A stretch of DNA of 64,000 bases from a virus. The stretch covers positions 87,774 through 151,773 of IMG/VR virus record IMGVR_UViG_3300022555_000010; one strand, written 5' to 3'. Both the position numbers and the translations under genes were made by a program. This document shows positions 54,771-64,000 of this stretch, piece after piece. Numbering within the stretch: position 1 is the stretch's first letter; the number at the start of each line of letters is the position of its first letter. The notes under the pieces were generated by a model. It was not told where the DNA came from. It made no database searches and saw nothing but the letters and a program-made list of their open reading frames with translations.

Positions 54771-55214
54771 ATGAACATAACAGTTGGACAAACAGTTAGC
54801 TATTCGGTGGCTTCGGTGCAGGTTAAGAATGTTTTGATCAGCAAGGGGTCAGATGGGAAGCTCAGAATAATGGCTCCCTATGCCTGGCTTGACTCTGCCA
54901 ATGTCGTACTTCGTACTGGCACCAATGTTTACACGGAAGCCCAGTTGACCACCGCTCTTGGCAGTAATGCCCCTTCGGCAATCGCCTTGATGGGTTCACT
55001 TGTTCCTTCAACGGGCACCAGCGGTAATTGCAGCATTTTGCTGGGGGATAGCGTGACGGCCATTAAGGGGTACAGCGGCAGGGACGATGCCGGCAAGGGT
55101 AAGTGGTTCAGTACCACATTGGATGCCGCAGCATTTGCCACAGCTATCAGCCCTATGACTGTTGACCAGTTGAAGGCAATGATTCAGGCTTTTACGGCAA
55201 CCGTCTTTACCTGA
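54771..55214 (+). CDS. fibre-module small protein, paralog of 31052-31489
   Basis: TVSYSVASVQV...KGSDG...MAPYAWL. Confidence 0.65.
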   Translation: MNITVGQTVSYSVASVQVKNVLISKGSDGKLRIMAPYAWLDSANVVLRTGTNVYTEAQLTTALGSNAPSAIALMGSLVPSTGTSGNCSILLGDSVTAIKGYSGRDDAGKGKWFSTTLDAAAFATAISPMTVDQLKAMIQAFTATVFT

Positions 55215-55222
55215 TCGGGTTT

Positions 55223-55690
55223 GTGGAGGCAATTATGATTTTCCGGCAACGAAAGACATTTCTATTCTCAGGAACAGTAACTGGGTCTACAGGCCTTCTC
55301 AAGAAACAGATTATCGGAAAGCCTGTTCTCGGGATAATAACCGTTCTTGGAAACAAGGAAGATCTGGATTCTCCAATTCATCGGGTATTCAAGGTTGGAG
55401 GTAAAATAACTCAGGGGCCATTAATGGGTCTTTGCCCAGGAAATGATTTTGGAGGGGAAGATTATCCATACGTTCTTCGGAATCTTCAAATCAATGACAT
55501 GATGAGTTCCCAGTCTGGGGACGCAAACATATCTCTTACAGTTGTGCCTTGGAAGAGGCTGGATGACATTGTGGTGTGTGTAATGCCAAAGGGCTGGTTC
55601 ATGAATAGGATGGTGGGAGGAATCGTCGTGAAGGGCACCGCAGAGCTTCTCAGTTCAGAGGATCTTCCAGATGCAATAAGAAAGAGGTAG
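55223..55690 (+). CDS. hypothetical protein
   Basis: ORF in operon. Confidence 0.55.
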   Translation: MEAIMIFRQRKTFLFSGTVTGSTGLLKKQIIGKPVLGIITVLGNKEDLDSPIHRVFKVGGKITQGPLMGLCPGNDFGGEDYPYVLRNLQINDMMSSQSGDANISLTVVPWKRLDDIVVCVMPKGWFMNRMVGGIVVKGTAELLSSEDLPDAIRKR

Positions 55691-55694
55691 AACA

Positions 55695-56012
55695 TTGTCT
55701 TTTTCTTTTCCATATCCTGTAAATGCGGCAAGTCCAAGACCTCCCGGTCAAGGATGTCTGTCTTGTGTCCATAAACAGTATTGTCCGGCGATGTATTGGT
55801 TGAAAAGGTATCAGATAGAGGGCCGGACAATAGATGACCATAACGGGATTCTTTGTGCTTCTTGGTCGAATAATATGGCAGACCAGGTAAAGGCTCACGC
55901 AACGCAGACGGACATGGATGAGTCAGATTATATGTATATCCAGGGGATTATGACCGAACCTGACAGATGTGGTCTGACTGATTCCGTAACAGCATCGAAC
56001 AGGAAACCTTAA
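55695..56012 (+). CDS. Cys-containing hypothetical protein
   Basis: CLSCVH..YC; GAGGT RBS, TTG start. Confidence 0.55.
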   Translation: MSFSFPYPVNAASPRPPGQGCLSCVHKQYCPAMYWLKRYQIEGRTIDDHNGILCASWSNNMADQVKAHATQTDMDESDYMYIQGIMTEPDRCGLTDSVTASNRKP

Positions 56013-56013
56013 T

Positions 56014-56421
56014 ATGCCACTTTCATTTGCAGAAGCCATTAAGAAGGACATAAACAGGATCTCCTTCATTGAGACACAGGAAAAGAAGGCACCCAAGAGG
56101 AAACCAAAGAAGGTGGGCAAGACACCGGCTTATGGGACATTGTATGCCTTGAGGAACACCAGGATGTCTATTCGGGAGGGTGCTTTAAGATTGGTCCAGG
56201 TGATTTTGACCTATCAGAAGGAAACCTCTGGGGAAGTAAAGAAATATATTGTTGCTCCATATAGTTATAGGTATCGGAGATTGAAGGGTGGGCTACGGAA
56301 GATGCTTTACGCTTATGACATGGAAGATAAGCACATAAAGGGCTTTGTTATCGGGAACGTGAAGAGGGTAGCCCTGACGGATCGTAAATTCCGACCGATG
56401 TGGCCTGTTGAGATCAGTTGA
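56014..56421 (+). CDS. stand-alone WYL-like domain protein
   Basis: LTY.K..GEVKKYIVAPYS...LYAYD....IKGF...V.....DRKF. Confidence 0.6.
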   Translation: MPLSFAEAIKKDINRISFIETQEKKAPKRKPKKVGKTPAYGTLYALRNTRMSIREGALRLVQVILTYQKETSGEVKKYIVAPYSYRYRRLKGGLRKMLYAYDMEDKHIKGFVIGNVKRVALTDRKFRPMWPVEIS

Positions 56422-56470
56422 TCAAAGTGTAATTAAATTTCAATATTTTGATTATAAGTGGAGGACATCT

Positions 56471-57418
56471 ATGAAGAATCGAAGAGGAAGCCTGTTGAAT
56501 GGCACAACTTTTGGTGATGCAATTTTAATGTATAAGCCTGGGGACATTGTGAAGCCCGTTGTGGTAACGGATCTGTATTTCACCGGGGTTGTTCGTTCTG
56601 TTGATACGAAAACCAATAAGATCACGGTTGCCTGGGGTGGTGGTCCCGAGAGTCAGCATGATGTGGACGAATTGATGCCTATGCCTTCTTTTGAGGGTGC
56701 GAGTGTTATGGCTTCGGTTCGGAGAATGCGTGCGGATGTGGAAGATCTGTTGACGGATGTTCAGGCGACTTCGGGAGATGAACCACCAGCACAAAGATCG
56801 GTTTTTGAAGAAACTGCGAAAATTTCTTCAGTTTCTGACGGAATGAGATCTCGCAGGGCGATGTACTGGTGTGGGCCTGAGAGGACATATCGGTTGACTC
56901 AGCAGGAACAGGAGAGTGGGGTAGGAACTTGTCCGAAGTGCAAGGTTGAGATGAATAAGGAGAAGTTCACTCGGTCTGACAAGTTGCTGACTTGCCCGTC
57001 ATGTGGTTTCAAGGTGCCGACAAGTAAGGCTGTCACTCAGGTTGAGGTTAAGGTTCCGGAAGGTGTTTCGGTTCAGGTGACACAGCAGGACAGCCAGGGA
57101 CAGGATGTTTCGAGTCAGGAGATTATGGCAGGGGCAGGTCGAGGTCGCAGGGCTGCGGTTGACCCGAAGGATCTTGAGGATCTTCCCAGGCTGACTTTGG
57201 GGATGATCGCGTCTTTGGTTTATCAGGACTGGAAGAATGGGAATTATGCGGCCAAGCCTTATCTGGAGGCGATGTCCACATTGAACAACGTCAGTGATAT
57301 GTATGGGCAGGATAGTGGGACATCGATTGTGGCCTATTTCTTGTCGAATGCGACGACCTGGAGGGGAGAGGTGGCCAAGGTGGTCAAGAAGGAACTTCAG
57401 CGGAGAATTCGCCGATGA
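56471..57418 (+). CDS. hypothetical protein with Zn ribbon
   Basis: GGAGG RBS; CPKC...CPSC. Confidence 0.65.
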   Translation: MKNRRGSLLNGTTFGDAILMYKPGDIVKPVVVTDLYFTGVVRSVDTKTNKITVAWGGGPESQHDVDELMPMPSFEGASVMASVRRMRADVEDLLTDVQATSGDEPPAQRSVFEETAKISSVSDGMRSRRAMYWCGPERTYRLTQQEQESGVGTCPKCKVEMNKEKFTRSDKLLTCPSCGFKVPTSKAVTQVEVKVPEGVSVQVTQQDSQGQDVSSQEIMAGAGRGRRAAVDPKDLEDLPRLTLGMIASLVYQDWKNGNYAAKPYLEAMSTLNNVSDMYGQDSGTSIVAYFLSNATTWRGEVAKVVKKELQRRIRR

Positions 57419-57861
57419 ATGAGTTAGATCCAAATCTCAGGAAGAAGTTTGAGGATCTAACGAATCAGTTGAGTCCGGAGAATTTGACTTGTGATGGGGA
57501 ATGTAGCCAGTCACAGGTACAGATGAGGGTGAGAAGGATTCATCAGGAATGGGCGGTATTGGAACGTAAAGCTGGTCGTAAGGTTTCGCAGGCAGAGATT
57601 GATGAATATCAATACAAGAGGTGGAGAAGCAGCTCTATGAATGATATCCAGGCTTCAAAAGAGGTAATGATTGCTGCGAAGATCTTGGCAGATGATGAGG
57701 GATGGATTGATGTTAAAACGGCATTACCGCCACCGGTTGATATTGGTATGGGTTTCAAGGTTCAGTCGTATCCGGATGGAATGATTGGAATCGTGAGGAA
57801 AGAGAAGACAGTCTTGTTGCTTGAGAAAGAACAGGCACAGAGATTGAAAAGATTATTGTAA
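57415..57861 (+). CDS. hypothetical protein
   Basis: ATGA-coupled; LSPENLTCDGE. Confidence 0.6.
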   Translation: MNELDPNLRKKFEDLTNQLSPENLTCDGECSQSQVQMRVRRIHQEWAVLERKAGRKVSQAEIDEYQYKRWRSSSMNDIQASKEVMIAAKILADDEGWIDVKTALPPPVDIGMGFKVQSYPDGMIGIVRKEKTVLLLEKEQAQRLKRLL

Positions 57862-57893
57862 GAGTTCAGGTAATCACAAACAGGAGAAAAAGT

Positions 57894-58148
57894 ATGGCAT
57901 ACAGTAAAGCGTATCAGACGGTAACGGCAGGTCGTGTTCGTGAAGACGAATCGATTGCCTTTTTGGGTAAGAACAAGATTGCAACCCCGGCTCGCGTAAC
58001 GAGCTTCACATCTATGGGCGGCCAGAAGCAGCCACAGTTAGTTGAGGAAGCAAACGAATTCGTCGGGAAGAATGTTGACCTCGGTGGCAAGACGAGCACA
58101 AAGCGGAACAAGTCTGCTTATCGTCCGCCGTCGGTTCAAATCTCGTAA
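57894..58148 (+). CDS. hypothetical protein
   Basis: AGGAG RBS. Confidence 0.6.
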   Translation: MAYSKAYQTVTAGRVREDESIAFLGKNKIATPARVTSFTSMGGQKQPQLVEEANEFVGKNVDLGGKTSTKRNKSAYRPPSVQIS

Positions 58149-58224
58149 TCAGGTTCGTTGCACCCGGAGGGGAGATGGTTTCAGGGTGATCCCGCCATCT
58201 CTCCTCATCTCGTTTGGAGAATCT

Positions 58225-59172
58225 ATGAACGAAGCTCGAATAGCCGATATTGTCACCAGGAAATACGTTGCTGGAGAAGACTGGGAAGTAACTGATGCTG
58301 TGAAGCATCTTGTTCCTCAAGTCGTTCAGGAGATCAAGCGTCGTGGTGGTTCAGTTGGTTCAGTTCGAGATAATAAGATTCAGGTGAGTAATTTGGTCTT
58401 GGATGAGGATCACGGTATTCCATTGGAAATCGCTTTATATGAGGGTTCACATTATCCCGGTAAAGTTCTTATCAATGAGACATTTAGTGGGATACATCCA
58501 GTCCCGGTGAAAGATCGGATTCCTTTTAATGCAAAGGGTGTTGTGGATGCGGTCGTTGACGGGTTTATGTCTTTGGTGAACTACCGTAAGGCGTCGAAGA
58601 CGGGAGGGATGAGTTATCCCACGAGGCAGCAGGTCGAACACGCAACCCTGTATCAGTTGGTTCGTTGGGGTCGGTATCTACCAAGCCCCGGAGAGAACTT
58701 CATCGATCAGGATAATTTTGAAGAGATGATGGAGAAGGAAGTTCCGATTATGAATCGGATTATTCAGAGACGGGATGAGATTGGGATTACTCCTGAAGTC
58801 AGTAAGGCAGTGGGTTGGGAGAGACGGTCTGACGACTTGTGTTTGAGACCTGACTCGGCTGATGCTGCAATAGACATTGGGCTGAATGAGGCTATGGACG
58901 AATTGGAATATCAGGGCCATAAAATGTGGACAGCGTCCAAGGACTTTATGGCTGGGAAGATGGAAGACGAGGTTGCGGATCAGATAAGATCTGTTCTCAT
59001 TCATAGCAAGAAGGTTGTCACTGAAAAACAAATGTTGGGTTTGATTACTTTTAATGGGCCTAAGTCTGTATTCGAAAAGACATGGGACAGTATGATTCGG
59101 GATGAATATCTGATTAAGGATTCTCCTGGACACTACAAGTGGAATGATGAGGGGTCGTTCACGGAGAAATAA
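58225..59172 (+). CDS. hypothetical multi-segment protein
   Basis: GGAGA RBS before MNEARIAD. Confidence 0.6.
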   Translation: MNEARIADIVTRKYVAGEDWEVTDAVKHLVPQVVQEIKRRGGSVGSVRDNKIQVSNLVLDEDHGIPLEIALYEGSHYPGKVLINETFSGIHPVPVKDRIPFNAKGVVDAVVDGFMSLVNYRKASKTGGMSYPTRQQVEHATLYQLVRWGRYLPSPGENFIDQDNFEEMMEKEVPIMNRIIQRRDEIGITPEVSKAVGWERRSDDLCLRPDSADAAIDIGLNEAMDELEYQGHKMWTASKDFMAGKMEDEVADQIRSVLIHSKKVVTEKQMLGLITFNGPKSVFEKTWDSMIRDEYLIKDSPGHYKWNDEGSFTEK

Positions 59173-59175
59173 CAA

Positions 59176-62100
59176 ATGAACAGACGATGCACAGGAGATA
59201 GTTGTTTGGCGGAAGCAGGGGCACGGTCAGTCTCCCTGGATATGCCCGTTGCTACTGTCCTGTTGAATCCACGGCAGGAGTGGAGTCGTTTGGCTACAGG
59301 TAACGGGCGTATGCGTATCGCTCGGGATCTCGAAGTGGATTGGAAACAGTTCACCCCGGATAACTATTTGTTCTCCCATTGCACAATCGTCGCTTCAGTC
59401 GCCACAGAAGATAACGGATTTCATATCAAGCCGGCCTGTAATGACCTGGTGAACAATAATGGTAACGCCTGGACGAATGAAGTTCTCCTGGCGACCTTCA
59501 GGACATTCGTGGGTGGTGAGAACTATCTGGAACACGTCCAGGTGCCTGAGTTGTCCAAGGGGAAGTTGTTGGATGCAGTTCTGAGGCCTTTGACTTACAC
59601 GGACAAGATGGGTCAGACGGCCGATATTTATTACTGTTTCACCGGGGACGCTCGGGTATTGATGTCAGATGGGACGGAAAATAATATTCAGGATATTGTG
59701 GTTGGAGATTTTGTTTTTTCTGGAGAAGGAAAAATCAGAGAAGTCTTGGCTGTTTCGAAGAAATATGCTTCCGACATTGTCAAGTTGAAGATTCGGGGTG
59801 AATTGGATGTTGTAGGATGTACTGCTGGACATCGTATTTGGGCGAAAGAAAACATTGAAGATGAATGGAAAATTACAGAGGTGGGTTCTGTAGGTAGGAA
59901 CTGGTGGGTACTTCAGCCTAAACCAATATGTAGTGGTGATATTGAAATTAGCAAGGATTTGGCTTGGTTGTCTGGATTTTATGCCGCAGAGGGATCTATT
60001 GTAGAACGAGCAGATAAGGATGGGGTTAAGCATCCAAAGGTAACACAGTTTACTTGTCATCAGGACGAGGAGACTATTGCTCGTCAAGCTATTGATTCGG
60101 TTTTAAAGGAAATCGGTCCTTATAAGGTGCCATTTTTTACTCAGAGATATTCTGGTGAGAAACTAATGAGAAACGTAAATGGGAGTGTCGATAGTCGTGA
60201 TACTTCTGAATTCGGATGTAATATTCGAGTTGGACACGAGACTCTTGCCGAGATGATGATTTCACTTTGTGGTAGGGGATCGGCTACAAAGAAGTTTCAT
60301 ACTGACATTTTAATGGAATGGAATGATGAGGCAAAATTAGGATTTTTAGCTGGGTTAATCGATGGAGATGGATGTTCCAGAAGGGATGTCGTCAGCTTTA
60401 AGTCTGCCAGTAACGATATGATTCGTGGTGTTGAATTCTTATTGGCTTCTCTTGGGATGGCATATTCCACTACTGGCAATTGGCATGATGGTCCATACAG
60501 TGGATGTGCGACAGTGGAGCTTGATTGTCAGTCGAGCGATCTTCTTCGTCCATATCTACGGGTGAAGAATTCCTTTGATGTGTGGTCTGGAGATTTAAGA
60601 TTAAACAACAGGGCTTCAATTGCTTGCAAGGAAGGTATTGCTCGCAGGGTTGAGTCTATTGATAGGATCGCAGATACGATTGAAGTTCCAGTATATAACA
60701 TTGAAGTTGAGGAAGATCACAATTATATCGTTTCTGGTATCAAGGTGAAAAATTGCGATATTTTGGTTGCTACGGATCGTAAGCATGACCGGTTGGTCAA
60801 GAAGATTGGCAAGGGTGAGTTGACCACGATGAGCATGGGTTGTGCTATTTCTGGTACTCCGGTGACGATGCTGGATGGAGCGACTAAAACCGTCGAGATG
60901 GTGCGGGTTGGAGATAAGGTGAGGACGCATACGGGAGGAGTTGCCGAAGTCGAATCCATACGGACGAGACAGACTGTTCCGGGAGAATTGAGAAGGCTTT
61001 CATTGACGGGAATTCCAGATACTTATGTGACTGGCGAGCATCCATATTGGGCATTGATCGGATACGATGTTTGTATTGGATGCGGCAAGGAGATGGGACG
61101 GAGTATCTCAAAGCCGTGGAAGTTGGATCAGATTCTTCACCATTGGTGTTCTGAGTCGTGCAAGCAAAAGCACTCGAATTCTAATCCGAAATGCAGTTCG
61201 GTCTTTGAGCCTGTGGTTCAAAAGGTGAAGTTTGGATGGGTTCCAGTGGCGGAATTGAGGAAGGGTGATTATGTTGCCGTTCCGATGGGACGAAAAGAAG
61301 CAAATAGGGCAGGGCTGGATAAGTTCAAGTGCGTGCTGTTGGGATATTACGCCGCCGAGGGCAATTTGCAGAAGTCGGACAAGGGAGAGCCGATGTCTGT
61401 TGAATTTTCTCTTCATGCTGATGAACCGGCTGGAGATGAAATTATGGCTGCCGCTCGTGAGTGGGGCATTTCCGAGTCCAGTATTTACTCTCAAGAACGG
61501 AACAGGAAAAGCGGTAGAAGTCGCAGGATTGTGATTCACGATAGGGAGATGGCAGAGTGGATGCAGAAGACCTGTGGTGAATACTGTGATGAAAAGAGAT
61601 TTGCTGGATGGGTGATGGATCTCGACGATGAAAGTCTGTTGAGCATTCTCGGAGCATACATCAGCGGAGACGGGCATTGCCGGAAGGATTCGGCTCGGTT
61701 TACGACGGCGAGTTGCAGTCGAGCATTGAGCGAACAAGTGTTATCAATGCTGATGTTCTTGAGTGTTCCGTCCAATATCTCCGAGTCCAAGGTGAATGGT
61801 AAGAAGCCAGCGTGGTATGTCAATACGAGAAAGGGACACGCTGGAATTTTAGCTGGGAGAACTTTTAAGTTCAGAAATCAACAGGCGAATCATTCAGGAG
61901 TATCGAATGTTGGTGGGTATATGCTTCGCAGGGTGACAAGGAACGATCCTACAGATTTAATCTGTGATGTTCATAATGTGCATGTCAAGAACGAGGATGG
62001 CGATCATTCGTATATCTTGAATGGCGTGGCGGTTCACAACTGTTTGGCGGACTGGGTGACTTGCTCCCGTTGTGGGAAGGTCCTGGGTGACAATATGCCG

Positions 62101-62490
62101 AACTGCCAACATCTTGATAATGAGCTTCTGTCTCGGTTCCGGGATAAGAAGGGAGTTGAGAGGGTGGTCGCAGAGTTGTGTGGTCGCTCGATAATGAAGG
62201 ATGGGAAGAGGGTTGGAGACGGCAAGAGCGTCAAGTTCATCGAGGCATCGTGGGTTGAGAAGCCGGCGTTCTATGGTGCGGTCTTGAATCATTATGTCAG
62301 TGAGTTACCCAAGGAGGCGGCAAGGATTCTTGAGATGCCGACAAGCAGGCTTCAATTGGCGATGGATGACATCTTCAAACTGAGGGTGGCGGACAAGAAT
62401 GGGATGATGATCATTCGGGTAGCCCAGGCCGAGATTGCTCGTCGTATGCAAGAAGACAGGTATAACAAGATTGCGAGGATGATCGGATGA
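59176..62490 (+). CDS. putative prohead (capsid maturation) protease with two inteins; 331 aa after splicing
   Basis: Exteins NNNGNAW...YLEH...GKLLDA...MSMG|C...CSRCG...CQH...FIEASWVEKPA. Confidence 0.65.
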   Translation: MNRRCTGDSCLAEAGARSVSLDMPVATVLLNPRQEWSRLATGNGRMRIARDLEVDWKQFTPDNYLFSHCTIVASVATEDNGFHIKPACNDLVNNNGNAWTNEVLLATFRTFVGGENYLEHVQVPELSKGKLLDAVLRPLTYTDKMGQTADIYYCFTGDARVLMSDGTENNIQDIVVGDFVFSGEGKIREVLAVSKKYASDIVKLKIRGELDVVGCTAGHRIWAKENIEDEWKITEVGSVGRNWWVLQPKPICSGDIEISKDLAWLSGFYAAEGSIVERADKDGVKHPKVTQFTCHQDEETIARQAIDSVLKEIGPYKVPFFTQRYSGEKLMRNVNGSVDSRDTSEFGCNIRVGHETLAEMMISLCGRGSATKKFHTDILMEWNDEAKLGFLAGLIDGDGCSRRDVVSFKSASNDMIRGVEFLLASLGMAYSTTGNWHDGPYSGCATVELDCQSSDLLRPYLRVKNSFDVWSGDLRLNNRASIACKEGIARRVESIDRIADTIEVPVYNIEVEEDHNYIVSGIKVKNCDILVATDRKHDRLVKKIGKGELTTMSMGCAISGTPVTMLDGATKTVEMVRVGDKVRTHTGGVAEVESIRTRQTVPGELRRLSLTGIPDTYVTGEHPYWALIGYDVCIGCGKEMGRSISKPWKLDQILHHWCSESCKQKHSNSNPKCSSVFEPVVQKVKFGWVPVAELRKGDYVAVPMGRKEANRAGLDKFKCVLLGYYAAEGNLQKSDKGEPMSVEFSLHADEPAGDEIMAAAREWGISESSIYSQERNRKSGRSRRIVIHDREMAEWMQKTCGEYCDEKRFAGWVMDLDDESLLSILGAYISGDGHCRKDSARFTTASCSRALSEQVLSMLMFLSVPSNISESKVNGKKPAWYVNTRKGHAGILAGRTFKFRNQQANHSGVSNVGGYMLRRVTRNDPTDLICDVHNVHVKNEDGDHSYILNGVAVHNCLADWVTCSRCGKVLGDNMPNCQHLDNELLSRFRDKKGVERVVAELCGRSIMKDGKRVGDGKSVKFIEASWVEKPAFYGAVLNHYVSELPKEAARILEMPTSRLQLAMDDIFKLRVADKNGMMIIRVAQAEIARRMQEDRYNKIARMIG
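59635..60753 (+). mobile_element. intein 1 (373 aa, LAGLIDADG; ends K-N rather than H-N)
   Basis: Y|CFTGD...CTAGH...FYAAEG...FLAGLIDGDG...VYNIEVEEDHNY..SGIKVKN|C. Confidence 0.9.
60841..62040 (+). mobile_element. intein 2 (400 aa, LAGLIDADG with Zn-finger insertion)
   Basis: G|CAISGT...VTGEH...CIGC..WCSESC...YYAAEG...YISGDG...HSYILNGVAVHN|C. Confidence 0.9.
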
Positions 62491-62969
62491 ACGAAAAAAG
62501 AATAGCCGACAGAATTGCCACGAGTTTTACTGCTTCTAATAATAGTGTTGAGGCAAAGAAGGCCTTGGATAAGGCTTGGGGTGACTTGTCTTTAGCCAGA
62601 CAGAGACTCCAGATGGTTCTGAGAGAAGATAGTCCGGAGAATGAAGACGAGATTATCGAGATGATCAGAACTCTTGAACAGATGACTTGGCAAATCAGTG
62701 TTTATAAGAGGGCTACCTATATTATTAAAGCTAGTAATCCTGATCTCGATGCGGTGGTTGAAGTTGTAAAGGCCAACAGTTTTATGTCTCTGCGGGGGCC
62801 ATTGACGAAACTCAACATTGGCAAGGTGGATTATTTCAGTGGGGATATGGGGCCGTCTCATTGGAGCATCAAAACTCGTCGTGGAACCATCGTGATTGTT
62901 AGCAAGACCGGGGCAGACATTGGTCCTAATGACATTGTAGTTGGAAATTTCGTGGTTGGATATATTTGA
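62487..62969 (+). CDS. hypothetical protein
   Basis: ATGA-coupled; MNEKRIADRIA. Confidence 0.6.
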   Translation: MNEKRIADRIATSFTASNNSVEAKKALDKAWGDLSLARQRLQMVLREDSPENEDEIIEMIRTLEQMTWQISVYKRATYIIKASNPDLDAVVEVVKANSFMSLRGPLTKLNIGKVDYFSGDMGPSHWSIKTRRGTIVIVSKTGADIGPNDIVVGNFVVGYI

Positions 62970-62978
62970 GGGATTTTT

Positions 62979-63617
62979 ATGAAACTCCACAAAGCAGGTG
63001 ATGTCGGGATTGAAATTGTAGGTTTGGATGTCCAAGCGTTGATAGGACGTTTACGGACGGCCTATTCTGATGAGTGGATGGCTCATTATCAATATTGGGT
63101 CGGGGCTCAGTTGTTGGTGGGAGGAATGAGAAAGAGTGTTGAGCCGGAATTGTTACAACACGCTGAGGATGAGAAGAATCATGCCGGGATGATTGCAAAT
63201 CGAATTATCCAATTGGGAGGGTGTTTGGTTCTTCATCCTTCAGATTGGGAATCGAATGGGGCGTGTGGGTTTGCCCCGGCAGTAGATCCGTCAGTTCGTG
63301 GGATTTTGAAAGACAACATTCACGGGGAACAGTGTGCCATTCGGTATTATCAGGAACTTTTGAATTTTGTCAGGGGCAAGGATGATGTGACTTTTGAGAT
63401 GATTCGGGAGATCCTGGCAGATGAGGTCGAGCATGAAGAAGATCTTCAGATGTTGATGGATGATGAAGATACTGGGCTTGATGGTCGGGGAAGAGTTGCT
63501 GGTGCGGGAATGGCTCCGGCCGAATTTCAATCAAAGGTTCGTAGTCTGATTCGGAAGATTGCCTTTAAGTATGGGGGGGACTGCCAAAGGGCAGGAGGCT
63601 TCCGGAACAACGGTTGA
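62979..63617 (+). CDS. ferritin-like / DPS-like protein
   Basis: DEWMAHYQYW, EDEKNH...RIIQLGG, GEQCAI..Y, ILADEVEHEEDL. Confidence 0.85.
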   Translation: MKLHKAGDVGIEIVGLDVQALIGRLRTAYSDEWMAHYQYWVGAQLLVGGMRKSVEPELLQHAEDEKNHAGMIANRIIQLGGCLVLHPSDWESNGACGFAPAVDPSVRGILKDNIHGEQCAIRYYQELLNFVRGKDDVTFEMIREILADEVEHEEDLQMLMDDEDTGLDGRGRVAGAGMAPAEFQSKVRSLIRKIAFKYGGDCQRAGGFRNNG

Positions 63618-63861
63618 TGGGACTTACTGGTTTGCGACGATTCTGAGACAGAATGCCAGTAACGGGGAATGTGCTGGAGTATTGAACCTGACTGTGGACG
63701 GCAAGACGGTTAAGGAAGTTTGGAACTGGGATAAGGTATTTGAGAGTTCCGGGATTCCAATTGTTAATGCTGGAGCGAAGATTTCTCGTGAGTCTTCGAT
63801 TGTTGAAAAAATTTGTTAAAAGATAACAGCGGCGGTAGTCGCTAAAAAAGGGAGAACGCAT

Positions 63862-64000
63862 ATGAGTAGGGAAAGAATGACGAGTCGGGAAGTGAACGCT
63901 GCTGAAATTCTGAAGGCTGTTGAAAGTCTGGAGATCGCGGCAAAGGAAAATGATGACGCTGGATTGGTCAAAGAGGCCGATGCTATTGCCAGTGACGATA
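63862..64000 (+). CDS. partial CDS (runs off window)
   Basis: GGGAGA RBS; frame open to the end of the window. Confidence 0.55.
   Translation, partial: MSRERMTSREVNAAEILKAVESLEIAAKENDDAGLVKEADAIASDD

Noticed and set aside
1-64000. Stop-codon reassignment as seen in some jumbo phages
   Set aside because: TAA, TAG and TGA all end genes at sensible boundaries, conserved genes are full length in the standard code, and no suppressor tRNA was seen.

Overview
A 64-kb segment of a large (probably jumbo) tailed dsDNA phage. Nearly all credible genes are on the + strand and read in the standard genetic code. 1-9.8 kb: accessory genes (end of an AAA ATPase, HNH nuclease, i-type lysozyme-like protein, two glycosyltransferases). 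9.9-25.9 kb: a tRNA region with 16 intact CCA-ending tRNAs (five Leu and four Ser isoacceptors plus Phe, Val, Asn, Cys, Tyr, Gly, Ile2/Met), interspersed with coaB, a coaC-M23 fusion, thyX and small ORFs. 26.6-64 kb: collagen/beta-solenoid fibre modules, VWA metallopeptidase, NusG-like and sigma-region-4-like regulators, intein-containing terminase, probable portal, CCA-adding enzyme, a double-intein prohead-protease-like gene and a ferritin-like gene. The main unexplained structure is in the tRNA region. (1) A leaderless 24-codon leader peptide with terminator/antiterminator (11060-11200), whose codons sample almost exactly the tRNAs encoded downstream; this looks like a tRNA-depletion-sensing attenuator. 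(2) Five cassettes of [5' half of a tRNA] - [endonuclease] - [intact tRNA, apparently of the same type], one with the displaced 3' half and a TTGA duplication still visible. (3) Two circularly permuted tRNA-like (YrlA/Y-RNA-like) RNAs. (4) A bipartite promoter motif in 7 copies, apparently driving leaderless mRNAs. All functional assignments come from motif reading only; no searches were run.
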